From Paraglomus brasilianum (taxonomy: Eukaryota), in contig CAJVPI010000047.1 in the NCBI GenBank assembly GCA_910592345.1, positions 1 to 64,000 of the forward strand: a stretch of 64,000 nt of DNA, given 5' to 3'. Shown one piece after another: positions 52,450 to 64,000 of the stretch. Under the pieces are notes generated by a model. That model was not told the origin of the DNA, did not search any database, and was given only the letters and a program-made list of their open reading frames with translations. Both the position numbers and the translations under genes were made by a program. Each line of letters begins with the position of its first letter. Positions within the stretch are counted from its first letter, which is position 1.

Positions 52450-52900
52450 TGAAGCATTTTACAGAAGTCCCAATCCGGGAAGCTGCAGATGTCACACTGT
52501 CTGTAAAAAAAAGTCCAAACTGCGACGAGTATGAGGAAGCTGTTCAGACGGATATCTCGTCTATTGGGTCTTTGAATCAAACCTGTCAAAATTCGATAAT
52601 TTACGTAACTCGCCATTTTATGTCAACATCCTGCAAACCTGCACGGAACATGTACGGTAATAACTGGTGTTTGTAACAGATAAATGACCCAAGCACAAAA
52701 GAATTTATTGCCCGAATAGGATTAAGGCAATTGACTGGCCGACGAATAGTCCCGACCTGAGAACTTGTGGCAAAATATCGAACATTTGAAGCAATTTTTA
52801 ACTGAGGAATTGGAAGCAAGCCCTACTGAAACAGTAATTAATTTAGTCGGTCTATGTGAGCTAGTCATAAAGAAATGGTGACAGAATTCCCTACTAAAAA
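52450..52900 (+). mobile_element. Tc1/mariner transposase relic
   Basis: Broken DDE-domain motifs WCL*Q.NDP (QQDNDPKH-like), DWPTNSPDL[..]ENLWQNI and NGDRIPY*, with stops and frameshifts. Confidence 0.75.
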
Positions 52901-53621
52901 TTTTTTACGTATCTTTTAGGGCTTTTTACAGTGAGAACGGATTACCGTATTACTGAACTAACGTTGTACAACATTTAACTAGGTTTTATACTCACGATCT
53001 GTATATTATCGGTCTGTATACGCTGGCTGTCCCTGGATTATTGTGTAACCTCGAGTATCTCTACGATTTCTTGGATGGGATTAATCTCAAAGCCTATCGA
53101 AACGGGAATTTATCTTATCTAAAACTACTAGTAATAATTAAACAATAATCCTGAATGCAAAAGTACTAAATAGAATTAATTGGCAAGGATTAATTCTATT
53201 CACCGCTGACGGGGAAGGCGTTTTTAACACTTCGCAAGTATCATTTATCAGGGAATAAACGAATTAATTATATTTGAATCGGATTTTTATTAGAATAAAG
53301 AGAACTATTCTATTAGCAACGTCTTGCTGAAGATATGACTTGAATGATGTGATCGGAACGATGATTTTTAGCTACGACTCGTATTTATAGTTTCACTAAA
53401 TTGTCATTGGATTGTTCAGAAAATTGGATATAACGGGACAATCTAATTTTAGTTGTCCAGATTTAACGGAATAGTTTGTGCGTCTGTCCAGATTTTTAGC
53501 TCGATCTGGTAGACAACTGTGCTATGTTGCGGAATCCGTGTGACGGAGCGGAAATCACTGAGTATGAGGAATATGTCGTACTTTAGGCCTCGATCCTGAC
53601 ACAGACATAATAATAATAAAC

Positions 53622-54748
53622 ATGACTTCTATAATCTTTGAGGATAAACCAGAAAAAAATGTTCTATATGATGCTTGTTTCAAAGCATGTGAAAATGCAG
53701 CCACTGAACAAGGAGAAAAAGATAAACAAAAGGCAGTTGAATTGTATCAAAAAGCAGTTGAACAAGGAAATGCCAGTGCACAATATAATCTTGGTTGGTG
53801 TTATCAGTATGGAACTGGAGTAGAAAAAGATGAACAAAAGGCAGTTGAATGGTATCAAAAAGCAGCCAATCAAGGAAATGCCAGTGCACAAAATAATCTT
53901 GGCTGGTGTTATCAATATGGAACTGGAGTAGAAAAGATGAACAAAAGGCAGTTGAATGGTATCAAAAAGCAGCTGAACAAGGAAATGCTACTGCACAAAA
54001 TAATCTTGGTATGTGTTATGAGTATGGAGCTGGAGTAGAAAAAGATAAACAAATACAAAAGGCAGTTGAATTGCATCAAGTACAAAAAGCAGCTGAATGT
54101 GCTGCAAAATGTAATCTTGGTATGTGTTATCAGTATGGAACTGGAGTGAGAAAAGATGAACAAAAAGCAGTTGAGTGGTATCAGGAATTAGCTGAACAAG
54201 GTGTTGCTGATGCACAATTCAAGCTTGGTTATTTATATAGAACAAGTATTAGCATGAAAGCAGATTATCAGAAAGCTTTTGAATTATATCAAAAAGCAGC
54301 TATGCAAGGAAACTCTGCTGCACAAAACAATCTTGGTTTGTCTTATGAAAAAGGAATTGGTGTAGATAAAAATGTTCAAAAAGCAGTTGAATTGTATCAA
54401 AAAGCAGTTGAGCAAGAAAATGTTTCTGCATACACTAGCCTTGGTTTATGTTACAAAAATGGAATTGGAGTAGAAAGAGATATTCAAAAGGCTATTGAAT
54501 TGTTCCAAAAAGCATCTAATCAAAAACATGCATATGGACAATATAATCTTGGTTGGTGTTATGAGGAGGGAGTTGGAGTAAAACAAGATGAAAAGAAAGC
54601 TATTGAATTATATGAAAAAGCTGCTGAGCAAGGGTACATTAAGGCACAAAATAAGGTTTATTTTTTTAAATATAATAGTAAATCTGAACTGAAAAGGAAG
54701 ATTCAAGAATTAGCCAAAATTTATCCAGCCCAAAAAGGAACAAATTGA
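53622..54748 (+). pseudogene. Sel1-like repeat protein gene with a 1-nt frameshift at ~53932 (pseudogene or assembly error)
   Basis: 108-bp Sel1 repeats (AQxNLGxCYxxGxGVEKDxxKAVEWYQKAA). GTAGAAAAGAT has 4 A where sister repeats have 5. Several repeats are also internally truncated. Confidence 0.85.
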
Positions 54749-55169
54749 TCTTAGAATAAGAAGCAAGTGGTTTTTTTTATAGTTGGTAAACTGTAGCCAT
54801 GATAATGAAGGCCCCTGAGTTACTTGCAAGCTTGATAATTTGTGTAATTTATTGATAATGTTAAACTGGTAATAATTATATAATAATAATGAATACAAAT
54901 AAATCACATGTTACAGTAATGCAAGAAAATCTGTCATTTAAATTGTCAAAATTGTTAGAACTAGTTAATTCCATCAAAGGCCATAGGACAGTGACTTACA
55001 AAACCAACTCTATGTTTACAACTATTGAATTTAAGCCTTATAACTTATTCAACCAATTTTCATGATATTTTAACTAAAGATAACTCATTTTCTGGTATGT
55101 TTTATAAACTGTCATATAATATATCAATATTCTTTCACTATTACTATTTGCAATAGTTAATGCTCACTA

Positions 55170-55195
55170 CAGTCAAACCTCGTTATATCGATATT
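55170..55195 (+). mobile_element. Solo pogo-like terminal inverted repeat
   Basis: TA|CAGTCAAACCTCGTTATATCGA resembles the TIR of the element at 56974-57795. Confidence 0.55.
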
Positions 55196-55985
55196 TGTTC
55201 CGCCAAAATTTATCGGTGGAGCATATATCGTAGTCGGTAGATCGTTTTTTTTCTTTTTCACTAATAATATATGAGAATATCACTGTTACTGTTGATCTCC
55301 TTAATATTAAGCAAAAGACAAAACACTTTGTTACTCTTTTAGGGGTCGAGATGTTCGATCGTTATAAATCTAGATACCATATTCAGTCTTATATAAAATC
55401 GTCCATTGATAGTTTTATTCGTAATTTGTTGGTTTATCTGCGTAAATAATAAAGCTTGAAAATTTCGTTTAACACCCTAATAAGCCTCTTCAATCTCAGG
55501 GTAAGTCTCATGACTCCTAGAAAACGAAACCGTGTCAATTTGGGGTTGGAAAAATTGCAACAGACAGAAGATTTACTTTTTTAGGGCATAGCTGGTTTAA
55601 ATGCGTGCACAATCGAATCTTTTATGCCTTTTTATTAATAAATTTATTATAGGCATTGTTCCCTCAAACCTAGAGCGTATTTGATCGGGTAGATTCGGTA
55701 AAGGTTCAAACGACGTATTGTATTTCCAAATGAGTGTTTCTTTAATTTCAATATCCCCGTTTTCCTCAAAGACGCTTTTCAATCCTAATGTTTGAGACTA
55801 AAAGAGCTGTGGTGGTTTTTAATAGCCCTATTTAAGAAGTCTAAAACAAAGCCAATTTAGTTAGCTTAATAGTTAGTTAACCCCATGGCCAATTATGCAG
55901 TGTATTTACATTGACTCCGAGGAGAATTTCGTTGTTTATGAAGTGCGGTCTACAGTGGACCAGTCCTTCCATAGATATAACAATA

Positions 55986-56154
55986 CAGTTGACACTATTT
56001 ATATCGAACTGCCCGGCTGAAGATTTTCGTTCGTTATAACCCGAGTTCGCTATTACCAGAGATTCGTTATATCCAGAGTTATTAATTATAAAAAATCGGA
56101 TCTGACAATTTTGGTCCGTTATATCCAGAGTTAGGTTTGGTACAGTGTCAACTG
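55986..56154. mobile_element. 169-bp pogo-type MITE
   Basis: TIR CAGTTGACACT / AGTGTCAACTG with TA on both sides; internal CGTTATA(T)CC.GAG repeats. Confidence 0.75.
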
Positions 56155-56973
56155 TATGCGTCAACGAGCGCAATTTGATCGGCCGGAACCCATCTGGGTA
56201 GACATCGAAATCATAGCGGGCGTTTCTGGATTTCCCTATTTTTCCGCTTTCACAAGTAGGATTTGATGGATTGATTTCTGAAATTTGATGTCTATGGGTA
56301 CGCCTATTTATAATGATAAAAGTAAAGTTATTAAACAGTAGTATGCAAATATGTAATAATTGCAATAATATATGCCAGCAGTTGTTATCGTTACAACGGA
56401 TAACAATATGCGTACTTAATAACAAGTAAGCGACGAAACTGCAAGCACTACTAATATTAAATTTAAGTTTACAACAAAAGCTCAACAACGCTTGATGGCT
56501 TACGTCGAGTGCAACTGATGCCAAACTGGCTCGGAACACAAACAGCTATATCGCAGACTCGGCCAGGTATTTTCTACGCCAAATCGAGATCTGTTCTTTA
56601 CAGTAATTCGGCCCTGTTTATGAGACAGTTAGTGAATGTCTACAGTTTGTAGAAAATCGTAAAAATAACCGCGTCCAACCTTGCGAAATCCACGGGTTAA
56701 GACGTTTTTTATCCTATCGGGGCAATCAAAGTAATGTTATTATTATTATTATCATCTACAAAGTGAATTTAGTTCGTTAATAACTTACAAAGACATCATA
56801 CCTGATCGAAGGGTAGTATCCCTTTATGTGAACAAATGTTATTGAGATCTTCCTGACAAACGTAGATGTTGTCAGGAACTACGACGCCTGAAATCGAGTA
56901 TTGCGGTTTACGTTCTCTTTTTCTTTTTGATGTAAATTTAGTGGCCAACCACTTGTCCCGTTTATTCCATATA

Positions 56974-57795
56974 CAGTCAAACCTCGATATAGTCAAGTCT
57001 CGATACAGTGCGCGCTATAGTAAAGAATTCCTCTGACACAAAAACAGTATTATTAAATTTTCCCTCGATATAGTGAAGTTATATAGTAAGTCTCGTTAAT
57101 CAAGTTTTTTCTCAAACAATATTAGTAGATTGCGTCTCGATATAGTAAAGATTGTACCACCTGATGGGTTTTGACCAATCATAATACAAACACGTGTTGA
57201 TTAAAATTTAAGAGAGAGAGCATGAAGCTGAAACAGAGACGCTACAAAAAAAAGCCAATTCAGAGAGAAGAAGTTTATCCGGTGTCCAGAAAGCTGAAAT
57301 ATGTCGTTTAAAAGAGCGAGGTGTTAGCCAAGTTACAATAGCTCGATATTTCCGAGGCAGCCGTTTCAAAGATTGTGCGTGATAAGGTAAGATGGTTGTC
57401 ACTTGATCTTAATACTAATAAGGCTATCATGAAGCGACAAAGAACTGGAAAGCATCCTCAGTTAGAAGAGGCTGTTTGTTCACAAACATTGACTAATTAA
57501 TATGAGAATTAATAAATTATGAAACCTTAAGATGTTACTACATAATTGAACGGTATGACACTTGCTACGTTAAACAACTCAGTATCAGTACATTCATATA
57601 AATCGTTCAGCAGTATTAGATTCGTCAGTAGAAATAACGTTTGAGTAGTTTGCTATAAGATTTGCAGTCGCAATATAGGATTTATGCCACTTATATATAA
57701 ACTTTACTATATCAAAAATTCTCGGTATAGTGAAGTTTCGATATAGTAAAGAAAAATCCCCGTCCCGTCGACTTGACTATATCGATGTTTGACTG
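56974..57795 (+). mobile_element. 822-bp internally deleted pogo/Tigger (CENP-B-like) DNA transposon
   Basis: 26-bp TIR CAGTCAAACCTCGATATAGTCAAGTC / GACTTGACTATATCGATGTTTGACTG, TA on both sides, and sub-terminal TCGATATAGT repeats. HTH remnants RRSLSGVQKAEICRLKERGVSQVTIARYF and KRQRTGKHPQLEEAV. Confidence 0.92.
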
Positions 57796-59026
57796 TATAT
57801 GATGCTGTGTTTTGCTTAATTCCGGGCTTTTGAGAAAGTAAAGTATAGATCTCTTTCTTCTGCGCATGAGTTAATATAACTACAGTTACGGATTAAATTA
57901 TAACAGGTGGATATTTAATCAATAGCTATTGCAGCGTGCCGAGCGCAATCTCACCTTTCATCTCTAACCAGCTTCTGGGACAGATTCTTCACGAATGGCT
58001 AAGTAATCACCAATCGATCCCTCAAACTCTTTCCACGTCCACCAATGTCCCATTGGATCTGATCACTCAGCAAACCGTCAGGGAAGACCCACTCGTCAGA
58101 CCCGTGCCAGGATCTCTTCACCGCAGGCGAGCATTGGGAACAACGAAGAGTAGGAGGGGCGTCATTGGTAACTTATCCAAATTCGCACCCGTCCAATAGT
58201 AGAGACAAAAGTAGAACCACCTGGTAAACCAGTTTAGAAAGCAATAGCTTGTGTTAGTTAACGATTCATTGTCCCGCCTATTTGAATGGACATCTAATTT
58301 ATCTTCATATAATCCAACTATTTCTTTACGTCTTCCACTACTTCTTGCACAAGGGAACAGAGAATTACTATCATATGATGGATGGTAGTGGTTTCTTTTC
58401 TGAGTTTTGGTCGGCTCTTATGTTTCAATATCCAATAAACGAGTAGTTTTTTAATATTTTGGTAAAGCACGAATTACTAATCCTTCTATCGATTAAGGAT
58501 ATTAATATTTGATACTAAAAACCTATTAATAAAAACTCAGATTGTGCGAAAGAAAACTTTTCATTTGGATGGCCAATAACAATTAAACGAACCTACGCCA
58601 TAATCGCCACTGTTACAAAAATCTTGATCGATTGAGAGAAAGTATCAAAGTTTTATTGTATCCTCATTATCGTGACTATTCATCGAAACAAGACAAAAAT
58701 TGAGCATGATTTATTCCCCGTCATTGAACACAGAATTATTTCCAAATGCTCAAAAAAAGGTAAACTTGTCCGCAAATTTTCGGTAAATTCTGGATAAGCA
58801 TTTTGCATTGAGCAGTGTAAAACAATTAGCTCGTTCAAACCAACATTAAAACATCTATCGAATCAAAGTTTTAAATAATTGTTTTGCGTTAGTCAATCGG
58901 TTGAGCAAAGTCATACTCGAGTAAAAAATAAATTTTCGCATAGTTGTTCTGTTCCTAAGTAAGCTTATTTTCTCTCTGGATTTGTTGCTCAAAACCAATG
59001 AAATAAAATCTTTGGTCAGTTCGTAT

Positions 59027-59104
59027 CTGGGTTCGGAACCGAGACAACTGAGTTCTGGACCGAGCGACTGGGTTCTGAACTGAGACAGGTTTCAAACTCA
59101 GACA
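59027..59104. repeat. Degenerate ~20-bp tandem repeat (~4 units)
   Basis: CTG(G/A)GTTC.G.AC.GAG unit recurs. Confidence 0.55.
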
Positions 59105-60379
59105 CAACATCCATAATAGTGAGGTCAGTTTTTTACACATTATAACCGTGCATTATTTATTTTCTTCATTTCCCGTTCAACAAAGAGATATTTAATCGCG
59201 CAAAAAATGATTAAACAAGTACGCTTGCGAGGAACGGAGTGAAAGTAGACGATAAGAGGTAAAGTTTTTTGTCTGTGTTACAATTTGACTTCATTGCGCG
59301 TATTTATCTACTTGCGTAAATTTTTAAGAATTGAGATAGCTCTGCCTTGGGCACTGACACATTTGACACATTGAAATTTGTGTAGTGTGTTAAAAATAAT
59401 CCCCTCGTCTCTACTGTTAGCACGTGATGCACTTGCCTCGCAAACTGCGTAAAACGTTACATCGAATTTAGCGGATAATTAGCTTTCATATTCATATTCA
59501 TATTGATTTCAGATAACCTTTTTTTTTTTTATCAATTCATAAAGCCAGTTCCAACGCCTTGAGCAGTTTAGTTGCATAAATTAAGCAATCAAAGTTAATG
59601 CGATTTTTAATGTATTACTACATATTAATATGGGTCTTCCATTAAGTATTTCACTCCCTATAAATGCAGATTGTAAAGAAATCTTTCAACAACAAGAAAG
59701 AGAGAATAATCTGTGCAATAAAAAAAACTCGTCAATCAAACGTTGATATTATAAAATGACGTTATTTGTGCGTGTGCGTGTTCGTGTCGCAAAATTGTTG
59801 GGTAATTGTCCAAACACACGTAATCATAACAGTAAATCATAATTTTTTTTTCGTTTAAAGCTTCCTCCAGATAAGCACACTCGATAAACACAATAATTAG
59901 TGAAAACCCATTCTTAAACTTTAGAACCAAACGTGGTTACCCTTGTTTAAACGATCTTGAAATAGACAATTTAAATTTTGATAGCTAGCCTTGACTTCAT
60001 ATCCGAACCATTTCATAACTAACCCAAAAACAAACCTTTGCGGACAATTAAAAAGCCGAATTATTCTCGTTATAAAAAGTTCAGTCTTTATTATCGATCA
60101 TGACATGTATATTATTTGTACGTTTCAGAGCATGAAATCTAATTGACTATCTGGTTCTGCTGATCATAGAAAGGAAATTTGTTCATCATAGCGTATAAGT
60201 AATCCTCTTTCTTGTAAATCCAATCGTTGCAAAGCAACAATGCTTTAGTCATCATATTATCACAGAAAGAAGTAGTCTTGCAATGATCAACACTGTTCAA
60301 TATAATGACACTGTAGTTATCTTCTTGGTAGTTTCCTTTTGTGTGGTGATCTGTTTTATAGTAGTCAAACCCTATTCCG

Positions 60380-61215
60380 ATTGGTTCATTAACAATAAAG
60401 TTGTCAGTTCAACAACCACAGATAGAAAAGGCTTAACATACAACTATGACCAACTACCATATCGGCAATCGATGGAAGGGAATCTAGAACATGATCCTTT
60501 ATACCTGACCTGCAATGGGTGATCATCCCAAATCCGGTATATTCCCTGTCTATAGTTTTGAGCTTGAAGTTGAGATCAACTAGAAATTACCTACTGGTCA
60601 GCATCATCCCTGTAGTATGGAATAAACTTTTTGGTTAGCTTTGACTAAACATTTTTTATTCTCACCGTCTGTGGAAAGTACCATGCAAGCGAACCTGACT
60701 AATTATGCACTTACCAAACCTCGTGTGTAACCAAGTTCCGTTCTGGTTTCTTTCATGATGTCGATGTACAGGAATTACTCCACTTTTATCTTTCACATAG
60801 GGGTAGAGGCTAAGTGCTGATACAGAAAGATAAAACGATAACAGTTTCATACCCTGGCATTCGTTTATAATAGATCGATCTGCAACAACTTCCATTGTAT
60901 GTTTATGCATGGTGAATGGAGATATTGTTGCAAAAGTATTCGTTAATATTGTTTATCATATTGCTAGCATTTAACATGAGCTGGGCGCTCCATATAGTCC
61001 ACTGTCCATCTGTTCGGCTATAACAACGCTTGTTTGACTATTGTAGATAAGATTATATTACATTGTTATCATTGTTATCATTCAGGTGGTGTGTGCGCTA
61101 TTCCTTTTATTGTATCAGGGCATTGACACGAGGGAAAATTGCATAATTGATATAATTGAAAGAACGAAGGAACGATGAGGATAAGAGCGCCGATTCTAAA
61201 CTTCCAACATCGCAT
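60380..61215 (-). pseudogene. Possible decayed multi-exon gene (type II membrane protein-like start)
   Basis: MRCWKFRIGALILIVPSFF... followed by several GT..AG-bounded segments containing stops. No family recognised. Confidence 0.25.
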
Positions 61216-61280
61216 AAGGTTTGGTCGCGAAAACAAGCAACCAAAACTTTTGAGAGATAAAGGAAAGCGGTGACACAAGC

Positions 61281-61320
61281 GATTACGACCGATTACGACC
61301 GATTACGACCGATTACGACC
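61281..61320. repeat. 10-bp tandem repeat (GATTACGACC)x4
   Basis: Seen directly in the sequence. Confidence 0.9.
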
Positions 61321-62827
61321 AATTCAATACGACCTGATTGGCGGGTCGACTGCTTGTTATCGCGAATTCCCCGTTGCGTTGACTATAATGATAATGGCTG
61401 AATCATGCACACATGTTAGTCAGTGTACATAAACAGTTAGTCAGTATTTTCCTTCATTCAAAGCCTCGTGCTGTGATATTTATCCTATATTTAGTAGTAA
61501 GCATAGCAATCATTGGTACATTTTCTGTCTACCAAGAACTTCTTTTTTGAAATAAGCTATACTCACCTGACACTTTATGCACACGATAATTTACAGTTTT
61601 CAGAGTCTCAACGTCATACAAACGCTTTGATACTAATAAGCGATAATAATAACAGGCCCAAAGCAAAAAAAAAAAATAACAACTGTGTGTCCATGAGTAA
61701 AAAAGCCATCAAACCTTATTTAGTCTCAGTCTTATCGTTATTATTAAAAAAGTTTTTTTTTTCCTGTTACCAATTTGGTCAAAGCTGCAGGGCGGTTTCA
61801 CAAGAATATGCTGATCACACAGTATGTGGTTTGATACGAAATACTTTTTTAATTAACTTAACCCAAAGTCAACTTTTTTGTTGACAAGGCAAGGCTAAAT
61901 TCTTGATTTTTTATTCCGTAGAGTAAACCAGAGTGGTTAGAGATTATACAGAAAACGTTGAGCAAGGGGATGAAGAAGGGGTTGAGAAAATGTTTGTTTT
62001 TTTTTTCCGAATCATTCGTAAGGAGTTGAAAAGTAAGGAGAGAGCGAGAGGGGGTAAAGCAAACTGTATTGACTGGACACACATGATACACTGTACATTT
62101 GCATGGTAGGGCGTTACCGTACGGTTTTCATTCCCGTCGGTATTTCTTTCCTCAAAGACGTTCTTTGAGAATATTCCTAAATCCTTTGTCGGTTATCTCC
62201 AATATATCGGGCGTTTTTTTTCCCCCGTTTGTGTGAACTTGTCATTTCACCATGGGCGAAAGGAATGCAAATTCCAAAACCTTTTAGATAAACATCGTTG
62301 CTTTTCTCCGTGTCTGTGGATCAAATATGAAAAACCTTTTTCCGACATTTCCGTGCTATTGTATTGCATATCAAATTCCTTTGTTTAAGCTTAGCCCAAT
62401 CTGACTAAAATGTTCGTATTTGGTTCTCTGTCATTATTTGATTAATGGACATTCGTAGTAATCTGAACAATCGTTATCCTCGAGGTTTCATGTCTTTCAA
62501 AAGCTTGCATATTTAATATTATTATCTGTCATTGATAAGCGTAAACTACAACGTCGATCAACAAGTAAGGCGTCGTTGATACGCCAATAACACACCGATA
62601 GGGAAATACAGTAACTGTTCTAATTAATATACACAATGAACTGTTCAACATGTCATTTAAATGACGTCAACGTATAAAGTACCCATATTATATTAAAACT
62701 ATATTGTCATTCACATGTTCCATCATTCGAAAAAACATATAAATGAAACAACCCGACACATTTGTTGAAACTGAAATTCGTGACAACGCATAAGCGAACA
62801 TACACACATCAACAAAATACAACAAAC

Positions 62828-63962
62828 ATGGTATTATATACATTCTATTAAGCGACTAAGCGACTCTTTTTTTTTTCTTTCTTTTTTTTATTTCTTTCAC
62901 AATTGGTTGATACAATTATCCCATGTTCTCTAGTCTGCACACTCCCGTTCACGTTCGAGCAGCCGAACACTCAAGACAGAATACCTCTATAAAATACTCG
63001 TAGTCGGTGACTCTGCAACAGGAAAAACAAGTATTGTGAAGAGTTATGTAAATAATACAAGTTCAATGCATACTAAGAGCACGGTGAGTTTGGAAATGGT
63101 TGGAGAACAGTGCGGAACAAATGTGTCTACAATTTCTACCATCATTCCTGTTTGGCCAAACTTCCGCATGGACAAATGCCTCTCATAATCACAAAGCCAC
63201 AATTTCCGTAATAAAAATCATGACAAGCGGAACATGCTACCTGTTCCCTTTCGAGCAAGGCAAGTGGTAATTGCGTTGATTTTAGTTTTCCCAAGTTATG
63301 TCAGCACTCCCCTCCCCTCTCCACAAACGAAACAACAATTTCAGACAGTATGCCCTCAAGACGTCAAACAGGAAACAGCTGTGGCCCGTTCATCATTCGG
63401 CGTATTTGGTCACATGTTGTATAATGTTACATCATTACGTCATCAAACGGGGGTTATATGTATTATTTGGGAAAAGGAAATTACGTGGCTGGTAGAATAT
63501 TATTGTGATAGTATAAATTATAAACTTAGTGCAACATTACAGTTACAGTATAACCATTAACAAATGCATTGCACCTTTGTTATATTTAGATCGGTGTCGA
63601 CTTTGCCTTGAAAGTTCTCAACTACGACGACAACACCACGATAAGATTACAATTATGGGACATTGCCGGACAAGAACGATTTGGAAGCATGACAAGGGTA
63701 TGTGAAATTAAGCGGATACATTAAGATTACGCAAACTGAAAAACATTACACATGATATATTGTTCCCTCACACACAACATGCAATTAATTAATCACACAG
63801 GTGTACTACAAAGAAGCCTTGGGTGCACTCGTTGTCTACGACATATCACGACCACCAACGTTCGAGTCTGTTACAAAATGGAAGAAAGACTTGGATGAAA
63901 AGGTCGCATTACCTGAGGTTTTGGGTGGGGGCCCCATTCCTGTCGTCCTGTTGGCTAATAAG
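62828..63962 (+). CDS. Rab32/38-like small GTPase (3' end beyond the window)
   Basis: ATG-only first coding exon (62828-62830), then [18 protein letters not shown] / [10 protein letters not shown]...[14 protein letters not shown] / VYYKEALGA...WKKDLDEKV...[15 protein letters not shown] is the Rab32/38/29 hallmark. Confidence 0.92.
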
Positions 63963-64000
63963 GTAAGTGACGGCCACGTTTGTGGTGGCTTGCGTTCTTC

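Noticed and set aside
55877..56700. 220-aa ORF and a possible piggyBac element (TTAACCC...GGGTTAA)
   Set aside because: The ORF reads through a MITE and has no domain. The inverted match beyond TTAACCC is too short.
57900..58220. GC-richer exon-like segment (similar one at 34780-35350)
   Set aside because: It contains stops in the plausible frames and no family was recognised, so a call cannot be supported.
62923..63003. ATG at 62923 as the Rab start
   Set aside because: It is out of frame with the G1 motif and stops after 26 codons. The ATG-only exon at 62828 fits.

Overview
This is intron-rich eukaryotic DNA, most likely from an early-diverging fungus (Mucoromycota-like). That placement is inferred from a CigA-like gene, a Rab32/38-type GTPase, a long XMAP215 and Sel1-repeat genes. 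The core is housekeeping genes: an STK16/Env7 kinase, COX24/mS38-like protein, queuosine salvage QNG1, PDA1, an RNF4-like STUbL, RPS13, CAP/Srv2, an m-AAA protease, a CigA-like glycosyltransferase, UBA3, an MFS transporter, Stu2/XMAP215 and Rab32/38. Between them lie TA-flanked Tc1/mariner and pogo MITEs, transposase relics, minisatellites and decaying genes. Highlights the ORF track does not show: (1) a box C/D snoRNA downstream of RPS13 with two overlapping guides predicted to target the equivalents of yeast 25S Um2724 and Um2729; (2) an Integrator INTS14-like gene with a disrupted-looking 5' half; (3) a 1.59-kb CpG-free block over a frameshifted Sel1 gene; (4) an XMAP215 that appears to lack TOG5; (5) an NTM1 pseudogene eroded by short deletions; (6) GC-AG introns and a 10-nt microexon in QNG1; (7) a Rab32-like protein lacking conserved switch-I aromatic residues. 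All exon structures were assembled by eye and homologies recognised from memory; no searches were run.
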